DNA from: a virus
DNA length: 64,000 nucleotides
IMG/VR virus record: IMGVR_UViG_3300032087_006376
Coordinates: 32,001-96,000 of that record
Reading direction: 5' to 3' (one strand)
The position numbers and the translations under genes were made by a program. Shown here piece after piece: positions 1 through 10,204 of this stretch (within the stretch, counting starts at the first letter, position 1; each line of letters begins with the position of its first letter). Below the pieces are notes generated by a model. It was not told where the DNA came from and searched no databases. It saw nothing but the letters and a program-made list of their open reading frames with translations.

Positions 1-11
1 AAGATGTTAAA

Positions 12-539
12 ATGGAGTTCGTATTCCTTAAAGCAATGCAGAGCTCACAGTCTTCTTCAGGAAAGTGGCAGATAGTTGGTTCATCTGATTCTGTGTTAAC
101 AATGAGATCGAAAACCGAAGATGAACTTAAAGGTTTTGAATATGAATTAACTGACTTTCAGTCTTATGCTGAAAATTTTACTCAGGAAACAGCCACCTCT
201 AGTTTAGCTTCTGAACAAGGTATGCCAAAAGATGGAAGTTTTAGTGGTCGCCTTTTGTGCGGGTTTGCCAAAAAACCAAATGAACTTAAAAAAGATGGTT
301 CACCAAAGTGGTATTGTTCTTATAAATTTCCATTTGATTATTACTCAGTTATTGACGAAAAAAATCAAACTAAAAGATCTTTCTTTACGGAAAAAGAAGC
401 TATTGAATATAAACAAAAAAAAGACAAGATATTAAAACTTCAGTACACTGGATGCCCCTCATTTAACAAGCCAGCCACACCTCCTCCATTCGAATGGTCT
501 TCCGAAATAGACGATGAATTTGACCTTGACAAATTTTGA
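12..539 (+). CDS. C-terminal part of a probable PD-(D/E)XK (RecB/Cas4-like) nuclease; frame is open to the left edge
   Basis: No stop upstream of the listed ATG. Three spaced C-terminal Cys (LCG, WYC, GCP) resemble AddB/Cas4-like Fe-S clusters. It sits next to replication genes. Confidence 0.35.
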   Translation: MEFVFLKAMQSSQSSSGKWQIVGSSDSVLTMRSKTEDELKGFEYELTDFQSYAENFTQETATSSLASEQGMPKDGSFSGRLLCGFAKKPNELKKDGSPKWYCSYKFPFDYYSVIDEKNQTKRSFFTEKEAIEYKQKKDKILKLQYTGCPSFNKPATPPPFEWSSEIDDEFDLDKF

Positions 540-560
540 TATTGATGTAATGTATTTAAC

Positions 561-1316
561 ATGCTAGCTTTGTTTAAAAGCCATTACTCTATAGGAAAAT
601 CAATTTTAACTCTTAATGATCCGTCTAAAGTAAAAGATGGCGGATCTGATAGTGTTTTTCAAATAGCTTTAGAAAATAATTTATCAGAGGTAATTTTGGT
701 AGAAGATTCTTTGATAGGTTTTTCTGAAGCTTATAAAAGATGCATAGAACATAACATAAAATTAGTTTTCGGCCTTAGACTTTCTATGCGAAACTCTAAA
801 GAAGAAGCTGATGCCGAAAGCGAACATAAAATAATCATTTTTTCAAAAAACAACCAAGGGTGCAAACTCTTAAATCTAATTTATTCTAAAGCTTTCACAG
901 AATTTGACGGCTACTTAACTTATGAAACTCTTGAAAAGATTTGGGATGATGCTCACTTAAAATTAGCAGTTCCGTTTTACGATTCATTTTTGTACACTAA
1001 TTTGTTAAAGTATGGCACTAACTCAATACCTAACTTTAATAAAATAAAACCTACTTTTTTTATTGAGTCTAACGGTTTAGCTTTTGACTCATTACTTAAA
1101 GATGAAGTTGTAGAATACGCCACCAAAAATAATTATTCTACAGAAAAAGTAAAATCAATTTATTATAAAAATAAAAAAGACGCCGAAGCGCTAATGACTT
1201 ATAAAATAATATGCAACAGATCATTTGGTAAAGCTAGAAGCTTATCAAGACCAGAGCTTGCGCATTTTTGCAGCAATGAATTTAGCTTCGAATCATGGAA
1301 AGAACAAAATGCTTAA
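561..1316 (+). CDS. Stand-alone PHP domain of DNA polymerase III alpha
   Basis: FKSHYSIGKSIL, VILVEDS..GF.EAY and VFGLRL match the DnaE N-terminal PHP pattern. The downstream DnaE lacks this domain. Confidence 0.75.
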   Translation: MLALFKSHYSIGKSILTLNDPSKVKDGGSDSVFQIALENNLSEVILVEDSLIGFSEAYKRCIEHNIKLVFGLRLSMRNSKEEADAESEHKIIIFSKNNQGCKLLNLIYSKAFTEFDGYLTYETLEKIWDDAHLKLAVPFYDSFLYTNLLKYGTNSIPNFNKIKPTFFIESNGLAFDSLLKDEVVEYATKNNYSTEKVKSIYYKNKKDAEALMTYKIICNRSFGKARSLSRPELAHFCSNEFSFESWKEQNA

Positions 1317-1941
1317 AGACGATAAAAAACAGAAATATATATGTTTCGATTTTGAAACTTGTAATTTAAACTTGCTTAGCCCAGACAATAAACCTTGGCA
1401 ATTAAGCTATATAATCGCACAAGGGTACAAGATCGTAAAAGAAAAAGATTGCTATATAAAATGGCCTGACTTAAAACTTTCAGAAGAAGCTAGAAAAATT
1501 ACTAGATTTGATGATAAAAAATACAATAGACTAGCTCAAGACCCTAAGAAAGTTTTAGAAGAATTTGAATCTTATTTATACGACAAAGATTACATTATAG
1601 TCGGCCAAAACCTTTTAGGTTTTGATGTTTACATCCACAACATATATAGAAAACTGTTAGGATTAGATTCAGATTTTTCTTATATAAATAGAATTTACGA
1701 TACTAACTGTGTAGCTAAAGCTATTAAAAAAGGAATGAAAACTCCCAGCAGTTTAGATAAGTTTATTCAATGGCAGTATAGGCTCAACGATTTCAGAGAA
1801 AGAAACTTAAGAACCAGCATAAAAGCTCAACTTAAGCAGTATAAAATAGATTTCGATGAAAACAAATTGCATGACTCCTTGTATGATGTTCAAATGAATT
1901 TGAAAATATTTCGCAAACAATTAATACAGATAGATTTATGA
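1309..1941 (+). CDS. DEDDh 3'-5' exonuclease (DnaQ/epsilon-like proofreader)
   Basis: ExoI FDFETC, ExoII GQNLLGFD, ExoIII HDSLYDV. ATG at 1309 overlaps the PHP stop and is preferred over 1225. Confidence 0.85.
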   Translation: MLKDDKKQKYICFDFETCNLNLLSPDNKPWQLSYIIAQGYKIVKEKDCYIKWPDLKLSEEARKITRFDDKKYNRLAQDPKKVLEEFESYLYDKDYIIVGQNLLGFDVYIHNIYRKLLGLDSDFSYINRIYDTNCVAKAIKKGMKTPSSLDKFIQWQYRLNDFRERNLRTSIKAQLKQYKIDFDENKLHDSLYDVQMNLKIFRKQLIQIDL

Positions 1942-4502
1942 GTTTTTTAGATGATATAAAGCAATACGATAACGCAATGATGCCCGGAGTAAGATTGCCG
2001 AGCATCAAAATAGAAAACAAGTATTACAAAAAGCTCAATCTCGATAGTAATGTCGATAATTTTAATTTTTTAAAAGCTTTATGTTATTCTAAAATCACAA
2101 CTGCACAGTTTCAATCTGAAGAATATCAAAGCCGCCTCTCAATGGAGCTTGATATTTTTAAAGAGCTTGAGTTTGTTGATTATGTTTTACTTAATTGGGA
2201 CATTCTTAATTTTTGTCACGAAAATAAAATTCCAACTGGTCCGGGTAGAGGGAGTGCCGCAGGATCATTGGTTTTATTTCTAATTGGAGTCACTAAGGTT
2301 GACCCCATTAAGTACGGATTATTTTTCGAAAGATTTGTTTCTAGATCTAGAGCTAAAAAAATCATAAAAGATGGCATTACCTATCTAGAAGGATCCCTTC
2401 TCCCTGACGTTGACAATGATATTAGTTACGACAGAAGATCTGAGGTCATCGAGTATATCGAAAAAAAGCATTACGGAAAAACCGCTAAAATTTTAACGCT
2501 TAATACTCTTTCTAGTAAATTATGCATAAAAGAATGTGGAAAAATAGTAGGCGAATATTCTGAGTCTGAAGTTAATGAAGTAAGTGACTGTATTCCGAAA
2601 ATCTTTGGAAAAGTTATGCCTCTGGTTGACTCGTACAAAGAAAATGAAAAATTTAAAGAGTGGGTTGATTTAAATAAGAAAACTTTTGCTATAGCCAGAA
2701 AAATAGAAAGCTTAAACAAAAATACTGGAGTTCATCCGTCAGGTATTGCAATTTCATATTATGACATTCAAGAAATTTGTCCTTTACAAAAAACTAGTGA
2801 GGGAGATTTTGTCACTGGATATGATATGAATTACGTATCTGAGTTGATGGTTAAATTTGATGTTTTAGGCTTAAGAACTTTAACTGTAGTAGATAGAGTC
2901 TGTAAATCTCTAGGCATTGAGATGACCTCTATTGATGTGTCTGATAAAAATATTTACAAAAACTTCAAAGACCTAAAAACTCCTCAAGGTTTGTTTCAAA
3001 TTGAAGCTGACACTAATTACAGAGTTTGCAAAAAAGTAAGACCAAGAAATCTTGAAGAACTCAGTGCCGTAGTAGCTTTAGCTAGACCCGGAGCTTTAGA
3101 TTTTACAGATGAATATGCTTTATACACAAGCAGCGGTCAATTTGGGCTAGTTCATGATTTTTTTGAAGAGGAACTTTCTTACACTGCTGGAATTCCGCTA
3201 TATCAAGAGCAATTGATGAAGATGGCTGTAAAAATTGGATTTACTTTAGATGAAGCCGAGCAGCTTAGAAGAATAGTGGGTAAGAAAAAAGTTGATCAAA
3301 TGCCAGCTTGGAAGGAGAAAATTTCTAAAAAAATCTCAGAAAATAATTTGGATCCTAAAATAGGTGAAGTTTTATGGAAAGTTGCAGAAGATTCAGCTAA
3401 TTACAGCTTTAATAAATCTCATAGTATATCTTATGCCACACTTTCTGCTTGGACGGCGTATTTAAAGTTTAATTACCCTCAAGATTTTTATTTAGCATTA
3501 TTAGAATTATCAAAATACGAACCAGATTCTCATGCCGAAATAAGCAAGATATCTCAAGAGTTAGTTCATTTTGACATGCAATTGCTTTCTCCAGATTTGT
3601 CCAAATCATCTTTAGACTTTTCAAAAGAAGGAAACAACATAAGATTCGGTTTAAACGCCATTAAAGGCGTCTCAGAGAAAAGCTTACAGGCTTTAGAGAG
3701 CTTCAGAGGCTCCAACAAAGCTAATAAGTTTGAAACGTTTCTAGCAGCAAAAGAGGCTAAAATCAATATCGGGCTTTTATCTGCTTTAATTCAAGCTGGA
3801 ACTTTAGAATCTCCCGAAAATCGTTCTAGATCTGGACTGGTTATGGAAGCGCAAGTTTTCAATATATTAACAGATAAAGAAAAAGCTTACGCTTTGAGTG
3901 TTGCGGAAAAATATAACTTTGATATTTTACAAATCGTTTTTCAAGCGGCGTTCGACCCAGATAAACCTGACGCTAAAAGAAGTGACGGTAAACCGTTCAT
4001 GACTGAAAAAAGAAAAACCACTTTCAAGAAAAAATACAATGAGTATAAAAAAATCTATTCCCAAAATAAAGGTAATGAAGATTTTGCTAATTGGTATTTT
4101 GAAAATAAACTACTTGGCTACAACCCCTCAGTTAAATTAAAATCAGTATTTAAAGAAAGCCAGAGTAACTTTACAGATTGCTTACAATTAGACTCAGTAT
4201 TTAACGGAGACTCTGTTAAAATAGTAGCCATAGTAGAAGATGTTTATAAAAGTAAATCAAGAAAATCTAATTCTACTTTTTATAAATTCCAAGTTAGCGA
4301 TGAATCAGGGCGCACGAACGCTTTGTTCATGGATAGCCCTAAAGTTAAGAGGTTAACTAACTACATAGAAAAAGGTAATAAGATTCCAGAAAAAGAAGAC
4401 ATTATAGTCTTTACAGGCAAAAAAGGAGATGATATAGTTTGGGTAGATAACATAAATATTTTAGAAAATAAAATATACATGAAGTTATCAGATGTGGAAT
4501 GA
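1938..4502 (+). CDS. dnaE: DNA polymerase III alpha catalytic subunit lacking the PHP domain
   Basis: GPGRGSAAGSLV, LFFERF, LPDVDND, KNTGVHPSG, KFDVLGL, YSFNKSHS and a C-terminal OB fold. Confidence 0.95.
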   Translation: MSFLDDIKQYDNAMMPGVRLPSIKIENKYYKKLNLDSNVDNFNFLKALCYSKITTAQFQSEEYQSRLSMELDIFKELEFVDYVLLNWDILNFCHENKIPTGPGRGSAAGSLVLFLIGVTKVDPIKYGLFFERFVSRSRAKKIIKDGITYLEGSLLPDVDNDISYDRRSEVIEYIEKKHYGKTAKILTLNTLSSKLCIKECGKIVGEYSESEVNEVSDCIPKIFGKVMPLVDSYKENEKFKEWVDLNKKTFAIARKIESLNKNTGVHPSGIAISYYDIQEICPLQKTSEGDFVTGYDMNYVSELMVKFDVLGLRTLTVVDRVCKSLGIEMTSIDVSDKNIYKNFKDLKTPQGLFQIEADTNYRVCKKVRPRNLEELSAVVALARPGALDFTDEYALYTSSGQFGLVHDFFEEELSYTAGIPLYQEQLMKMAVKIGFTLDEAEQLRRIVGKKKVDQMPAWKEKISKKISENNLDPKIGEVLWKVAEDSANYSFNKSHSISYATLSAWTAYLKFNYPQDFYLALLELSKYEPDSHAEISKISQELVHFDMQLLSPDLSKSSLDFSKEGNNIRFGLNAIKGVSEKSLQALESFRGSNKANKFETFLAAKEAKINIGLLSALIQAGTLESPENRSRSGLVMEAQVFNILTDKEKAYALSVAEKYNFDILQIVFQAAFDPDKPDAKRSDGKPFMTEKRKTTFKKKYNEYKKIYSQNKGNEDFANWYFENKLLGYNPSVKLKSVFKESQSNFTDCLQLDSVFNGDSVKIVAIVEDVYKSKSRKSNSTFYKFQVSDESGRTNALFMDSPKVKRLTNYIEKGNKIPEKEDIIVFTGKKGDDIVWVDNINILENKIYMKLSDVE

Positions 4503-6916
4503 AAAATTATAATTTAACTCCTAGAGCTCAAAAATTAATTAAAGAAGCTCATAAAATAGCTACAGATCTTGAGTATTATCAATTAAATAATGTTCACTTG
4601 CTGTTAGCTTTTTTAAAAATTCCAAACAATCAAATTTTAGACGCTTTTGACCAATTCGAAGTGAGCTATGATCTCGTTGAGAAGGCTTGTCTTTTTACTT
4701 TAAATAAACCCAAGCTTAGAAATAGCCAATCAGCTTCTAGATCCAAGCTGTCTTCCATCACTAGAAAAGTTTTTTCTTCTGCTAAACAATTATCAAACAA
4801 GTATGATCATAAATATATAGGATTAGAGCATATATTTTTGTCGCTGTTTGGTGAAACAGACATCTTTTTAAGAGATGTAATAGCTAACTTGCAAATTAAT
4901 TACGACGCTATATTTGATTATGTCGAAAGAAAGCTAGAAGAAAGTGATTTATTGCCTTCTTCAATTTACGAAGAAGAAGCTGATGAAGAGCAGGATCAAA
5001 AAAAATCTCAATTTAATCCCAAGAATTATAAGTTTTTAAATGAATATGCTACTAATTTAAATTCTCAAGTCATACAAGGAAAAATAACCTCTCTCCATAT
5101 TAACAAAAGTCTAATAAAAAAGATTTCTGAAGTTCTTTGTAGAAAAAATAAAAATAACCCATTAGTTGTTGGAGAAGCTGGCGTAGGAAAAACTGCATTA
5201 GTAGAATCTTTAGCGCAAGCAATTGTAGATGGAGAATGTTCTGATTTCTTAGTAATGAAACATATTTACAATTTAGACGTTCCGATGATTATCGCCGGTT
5301 GTAAATATAGAGGAGAGTTTGAAGAAAAGATTAAAAATATTTTAAAAGAAATTGTAAACGATCCATTCATCGTGTTGTTTATTGATGAAATTCATACGAT
5401 AATCGGAGCAGGTAACCCGGAAAACGGCATGGATGTCGCAAACATTCTTAAACCTTATTTAGCTAGAGGCGAAATTAGCTGCATAGGGGCGACAACTTTC
5501 GACGAATATAAACGCACTATTGAGGGAGACCCAGCTTTATCTAGAAGGTTTCAAATGATAAAGATGGAAGAACCTACGAAAAAAGAAGTTTTTCAGTTAA
5601 TTAAAAATATTAAAAATTCTTATGAAGATTTTCATTTAATGAATTTCTCAGATGAAACAATAAAATTCACAATCGACGTAGCTGATAAATATCTAGAAGG
5701 CAGATTCCCAGATAAAGCCTTAGATATCATAGATCAAGTTGGAGCTAAAACAAAACTTAAAAATTTTACAAAAACTCCAGAAATGATTTCTATTGAAGAA
5801 AAAATAAAAGATCTTTCATCAAAGCAAGATAAGCTAGCTAAAAACACATTCCTTAAAAGAATGAATTCTTTGATAAAAAAATATCAAACTATAACTGAAA
5901 AACTTTTTAACAAATGGAAAGATTCTAGATACAGAATTAAACAGGCAGATATCTTAGAAGTTGTATCAGATAAAACTAACATTCCAATTTCAGACTTAAA
6001 AAAACAAGACTCTAAAAAAATAAAAGACCTTAGAGATTCATTGAAGACTGAAGTTTTAGGTCAAACAGATCAAATAGATCAAATATACAAATGTTTACTA
6101 AGGGCAAAAGCTGGCTTTAGGAACGATAAAAAACCAGTATCATCATTACTTTTAGCTGGTCCGACAGGTGTCGGCAAAACCATGACTGCAAAAATTATTG
6201 CCAACAGCTTATTCCCGAATAAAAACAACTTTATATTTTTAGATTTAACAGAATACACAGACCAAACAGCCGTCAATAAATTAATTGGATCTAGCCCGGG
6301 TTATATCGGCTACGGCAAAGGAGGCATACTAACTGAAAAAGTTTCTAGAAACCCATACTCTTTAATTCTTTTCGACGAAATCCAAAAAGCTCACAAAGAT
6401 GTATTATATTTACTGCTTCAAATACTTGAAGAGGGAAAGATATCAGATTCTTTAGGTAAAGAAGTTGATTTTTCCAATTCCATAGTAGTGATGACAACAA
6501 ACATAGGATCAGATATAGCTAATTCCTCTGTTATTGGTTTCAACAAAGAAAACTCTAATATATCTAACGATATCGTAAACTCTGTCAAAAAACATTTTCC
6601 AGCAGATCTATTAAACAGAATAGACGAAGTAATACCCTTTAGCCCCCTAAAAGAAGATCATATTAAGAGTATTATAATCAAGAACTTAGATAAATTTAAA
6701 ACTGAAATGAAAAACAAAAATCTTTCTTTAAATTACTCTAGTAAAATTCTTGATTATGTTTATAAAAAAATACAATTCAATAATTTTGGAGCTAGGCAAG
6801 TTTTAAAAACAGTGCAGAGAGAAATTCAAACTTTAGTTGCTGAAAAAATACTAGATAATCCAAAAACTTCTGAATTAAAAATGTGTGTCAAAAACAATAA
6901 AATATGTGTAATATAA
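4499..6916 (+). CDS. clpC: ClpA/ClpC-type AAA+ chaperone
   Basis: Clp N repeats; NBD1 GEAGVGKT, LFIDEIH and RFPDKALD; NBD2 GPTGVGKT, LIGSSPGYIGY and LFDEIQKAH; FGARQV. Confidence 0.9.
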   Translation: MKNYNLTPRAQKLIKEAHKIATDLEYYQLNNVHLLLAFLKIPNNQILDAFDQFEVSYDLVEKACLFTLNKPKLRNSQSASRSKLSSITRKVFSSAKQLSNKYDHKYIGLEHIFLSLFGETDIFLRDVIANLQINYDAIFDYVERKLEESDLLPSSIYEEEADEEQDQKKSQFNPKNYKFLNEYATNLNSQVIQGKITSLHINKSLIKKISEVLCRKNKNNPLVVGEAGVGKTALVESLAQAIVDGECSDFLVMKHIYNLDVPMIIAGCKYRGEFEEKIKNILKEIVNDPFIVLFIDEIHTIIGAGNPENGMDVANILKPYLARGEISCIGATTFDEYKRTIEGDPALSRRFQMIKMEEPTKKEVFQLIKNIKNSYEDFHLMNFSDETIKFTIDVADKYLEGRFPDKALDIIDQVGAKTKLKNFTKTPEMISIEEKIKDLSSKQDKLAKNTFLKRMNSLIKKYQTITEKLFNKWKDSRYRIKQADILEVVSDKTNIPISDLKKQDSKKIKDLRDSLKTEVLGQTDQIDQIYKCLLRAKAGFRNDKKPVSSLLLAGPTGVGKTMTAKIIANSLFPNKNNFIFLDLTEYTDQTAVNKLIGSSPGYIGYGKGGILTEKVSRNPYSLILFDEIQKAHKDVLYLLLQILEEGKISDSLGKEVDFSNSIVVMTTNIGSDIANSSVIGFNKENSNISNDIVNSVKKHFPADLLNRIDEVIPFSPLKEDHIKSIIIKNLDKFKTEMKNKNLSLNYSSKILDYVYKKIQFNNFGARQVLKTVQREIQTLVAEKILDNPKTSELKMCVKNNKICVI

Positions 6917-6920
6917 GTAT

Positions 6921-7124
6921 ATGCCTTTACCTAAACCAAGGAAAAGAGAATCTCGACAAGAATTCGTCAGCAGATGTATGAGTGACGATATGATGACTAG
7001 TGAGTACAAAGAGCAAAAACAGCGTGTTGCAGTTTGTTTAACTCAGTTTCAAAATATTCAAAAATCCAAAGGTGAAGCTAGCTGGGATGATGTCCGTAAA
7101 GGAAATATATTAGGATTATTATAA
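6921..7124 (+). CDS. Small phage protein (PxP..ES..EFVSRC..QR.AVC motif)
   Basis: Clean ORF after a GTGTAA motif. The motif is one I recognise from large-phage head-associated proteins. Confidence 0.5.
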   Translation: MPLPKPRKRESRQEFVSRCMSDDMMTSEYKEQKQRVAVCLTQFQNIQKSKGEASWDDVRKGNILGLL

Positions 7125-7125
7125 T

Positions 7126-7965
7126 ATGCAAACCCCACCTAACATTCACGATGCATTCGCAATTTCCCCCAGTAGAACTCATACAGTTAATTTTAATTAC
7201 GTATGGGATGAAGTTAATGATTATTGGACCCCTGAAAGAACCAGCGCTATTTCAAGAGACGCAATTTTAGGAAAAGCTGACGATTTTATTCACAAATTTG
7301 GAAGTAATCCTAACGTTTCCAACTCTATCAGTAAGATTGCTCCAGAAACTGTTTGGGACGGTTCTACAGAGTATGTTTTTCCTCCTGATTCAGGAACAGG
7401 TATACAAATTAAATCTTCACAAACAAATGATAATCAAGAATTTGTTGTTCAAGGACTTGATGAAAATTTTCTAGAACAAAATTGGACAGGTAATTTAAAT
7501 GGTCAAACAGAAGTTAATATAGGTGGAACTTGGTCAAGGGTTTTTAGAGCATTTAATAACGATACTACATATATATCTGGCGATATAAATATTCATGCTA
7601 GCGGAGATGATTCAACAAGCTACGCTCAAGTTTTAGCAGGTAATGAACAAACAATGATGGCAATTTATACAGTTCCTGCTAATTTTACTGGATATTTGAC
7701 CGAATACCACATGAGCGCCAGCAACCCCGGAAGTTCTGCCTCGATAGATTATACAGTTCAAATCAAAACAAGAGAATACGGAAAAGTCTTTCGTGTCCAA
7801 GAGGTTACTTCCGTAGGCACTACTCATAATGTTAGCCAAATACTTCCTTTTCCTAACTTTTTAAGCCCTAAAACTGATATTATCATATGCGCAGTTGATT
7901 CAAACGGAGGAGGAGGCACACTTAACGCTGACTTTGATATAGCATTGGTTTCAAACGAAAACTAA
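7126..7965 (+). CDS. Hypothetical, probable virion/beta-sandwich protein
   Basis: 279-aa ORF rich in G/S/T/N, with a KFGSNP..ETVW motif seen in phage structural-type proteins. Confidence 0.45.
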   Translation: MQTPPNIHDAFAISPSRTHTVNFNYVWDEVNDYWTPERTSAISRDAILGKADDFIHKFGSNPNVSNSISKIAPETVWDGSTEYVFPPDSGTGIQIKSSQTNDNQEFVVQGLDENFLEQNWTGNLNGQTEVNIGGTWSRVFRAFNNDTTYISGDINIHASGDDSTSYAQVLAGNEQTMMAIYTVPANFTGYLTEYHMSASNPGSSASIDYTVQIKTREYGKVFRVQEVTSVGTTHNVSQILPFPNFLSPKTDIIICAVDSNGGGGTLNADFDIALVSNEN

Positions 7966-8044
7966 CCGTAATCTTTAGAAAAAAATACTTGAAATTTTAT
8001 TTTATTGATTCATAATAGTTATATTACTTAATTAATATAACGAC

Positions 8045-8149
8045 ATGTCACAAGAAGAAAATACAGATACAGTGGGATCTCTCAAGATTCGTGTTGCAAA
8101 TATGCTCCTTAATACCGTTGCTCTCAGCGAGAGTTTAAATTTAATATAA
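8045..8149 (+). CDS. Small upstream ORF (34 aa) before the tubulin gene
   Basis: ATG TCA CAA...ATA TAA ends 3 nt before the tubulin ATG and follows a TTGAAA..CATAAT-like promoter. Confidence 0.3.
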   Translation: MSQEENTDTVGSLKIRVANMLLNTVALSESLNLI

Positions 8150-8152
8150 ATT

Positions 8153-9310
8153 ATGAGTGATTTTAATCCAATCTATGATGTCGGTGCAGATAATGAGCCT
8201 GATGCAGGTAACAATGACACTTTTGACTTTGCAATGCCTGACATTCCAGAGCCAACTCAAGAAGAAAAAGTCGAACTAAAAGATAAAGATGCAGTAGGTT
8301 TTAAGTTTGGCTTTATTGGCGCTGGCCAAGGCGGGGGTAAATTAGCCGAAACTTTTTCTAAAATAGGCTACGCAAGAGTTGGAGTAATTAACACAGCTGA
8401 CCAAGATCTGGCCACGTTGAATGTTAAAAACAAATTAAAATTTGGAGAACAACAAGGAGCTGGCAAAAATAGAGGTATTGCCAAGCAAGCTTTTGCTGAA
8501 AATAAAGAAGATGTTGTTGACTTCATTAAAGATTCTATCGGTACAGATATTGATAGAATTTTTGTAACAATTGGAGCTGGAGGTGGTACTGGTGCTGGCG
8601 TTTCCTCTGAGTTAGTTAAAACTGTTCATGAATATCAACAAACAGTAAAAGCTTCATCTCCATATGTAGGTTTAATTTTAGCTTTACCCAAACTATCTGA
8701 GGGCAAAAAAGTTAGCTTAAATGCTTATGAAACTTTAAAAGAAGCGTGTGACTTGGTAGATAAAAAAATAGTTTCACCTTTAATTATTTTAGACAACGAA
8801 AAAATTAATACTCTTTACCCTAAATTATCGATAAATAAGTTCTGGCAAGTAGCAAATGCCAACATTTGTTCGCTGTTTCATTTATTCAATAATATTATTA
8901 CAAAAAATAGTCAGTATAGCACTTTTGACACTAATGATTTCAGAACCGTTTTAGATTCTGGCATTATGGTTTTTGGAGCGACAAATATTAACGACACAGG
9001 TAGTGAATCCGCAATTTCTAAAGCTGTTAGAGATAACCTTAAAAGAAACGTTTTATGCGGAGAATTAGACCTATCTACAGGCGTTGTAGCGGCATCTGTT
9101 GCTATAGGTGACGAAGAAACTCTTGATAACATTCCACAGGAATATATAGATGGAGCTTTTAATCAACTAAATAGAACTTTAAAAACGAATAGCACAGTAC
9201 ATCAAGGTATTTATAAAGGAGCTAAAAAAGGCTTGTCTTTATTTACGGCAATTGGAGGCATATCTACTCCAGAAGATAAGCTGGAATCACTTCTTAAATC
9301 GTCTCAATAA
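8153..9310 (+). CDS. Tubulin/FtsZ-family GTPase (PhuZ/TubZ-like)
   Basis: FIGAGQGGGKLA, INTA and the signature GAGGGTGAG; LDNEK; FDTND T7-like loop; acidic N-terminal extension. Confidence 0.9.
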   Translation: MSDFNPIYDVGADNEPDAGNNDTFDFAMPDIPEPTQEEKVELKDKDAVGFKFGFIGAGQGGGKLAETFSKIGYARVGVINTADQDLATLNVKNKLKFGEQQGAGKNRGIAKQAFAENKEDVVDFIKDSIGTDIDRIFVTIGAGGGTGAGVSSELVKTVHEYQQTVKASSPYVGLILALPKLSEGKKVSLNAYETLKEACDLVDKKIVSPLIILDNEKINTLYPKLSINKFWQVANANICSLFHLFNNIITKNSQYSTFDTNDFRTVLDSGIMVFGATNINDTGSESAISKAVRDNLKRNVLCGELDLSTGVVAASVAIGDEETLDNIPQEYIDGAFNQLNRTLKTNSTVHQGIYKGAKKGLSLFTAIGGISTPEDKLESLLKSSQ

Positions 9311-9325
9311 GTGTAAAACATAAAA

Positions 9326-9547
9326 ATGAAAGATTTAATATTACCATTTTGTACTTTTAACACAGGAACGACCATTAGTTGTCCATCTAATAAAAATATT
9401 TACGTTATTGCTGCTAACGCTGGATTTACAGCTGAAAGTGAATCGTTAACGATTTCCGCTCCCATTAGTTTTTCAGTGCCTTTAAAAATAAGCACTGACA
9501 TAACAGGGGCTACAGAAAAAACGATATTTTATTACATAGCAGATTAA
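9326..9547 (+). CDS. Hypothetical protein
   Basis: ORF between a GTGTAA motif and a terminator. Confidence 0.55.
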   Translation: MKDLILPFCTFNTGTTISCPSNKNIYVIAANAGFTAESESLTISAPISFSVPLKISTDITGATEKTIFYYIAD

Positions 9548-9550
9548 CTC

Positions 9551-9579
9551 AAAGAGCCTCAAAAGAGGCTCTTTTTTTT
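9551..9579 (+). terminator. Rho-independent terminator
   Basis: AAAGAGCCTC-AAAA-GAGGCTCTTT followed by a T-run. Confidence 0.85.
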
Positions 9580-9616
9580 GTGGAAATATTGCATTTTATT
9601 TTTATAATCATGCAAT

Positions 9617-10198
9617 ATGAGTTTACAATTATACAAGCCAAACCCTAAAAATACTGGCTGCGCCATGAGTTTCCAAATCTCTCAAAAGCCAGATCAAGAG
9701 CCACAGTTTTTTGCTAATTGCATTTTACAACATTCGTGGAATAACCAAAACAAAACGGGATCTTTTTCCGAAAGTAGAAACGACCCCTCCAAGACTATCG
9801 CTTTAAAATTTAATGAATTTGAGTTGGGCGAAATTATTAGCAGCTTTAATAATAAAACCGCTTATTCAACCTTTCATAGCAATGAGTCTACCAAGACTCA
9901 AATCAGGCTAACTCCTTACGAAAAAACTAGAGGAAGCGGAGATTTCGCAGTTCAAGTCACAGCTTTTGGGTTCACTATCGTCAGAAATGGTTCTGATACT
10001 TTTAAAGTCCCAGTAGATCCGGGCGAAGGAGTTAGATTAGTTTCTTTTATTAATCATTATTTTAATGTTTTAGACACCTTTAGAGACCAAAAAGCTAAAG
10101 AGAATCAAAAACAATATCAATCTAATAAGCAAAAATTCACTCCTAAGAAAAAAGAAGCGCCGAAACAACCTATCGCCGCCGAAGAAGATGAATTTTAA
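9617..10198 (+). CDS. Hypothetical protein, possible Whirly/PC4-like ssDNA-binding protein
   Basis: Beta-rich core with LKFNEFELGEII, a basic linker and an acidic tail (AAEEDEF) typical of SSBs. Confidence 0.35.
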   Translation: MSLQLYKPNPKNTGCAMSFQISQKPDQEPQFFANCILQHSWNNQNKTGSFSESRNDPSKTIALKFNEFELGEIISSFNNKTAYSTFHSNESTKTQIRLTPYEKTRGSGDFAVQVTAFGFTIVRNGSDTFKVPVDPGEGVRLVSFINHYFNVLDTFRDQKAKENQKQYQSNKQKFTPKKKEAPKQPIAAEEDEF

Positions 10199-10204
10199 TT
10201 AATT

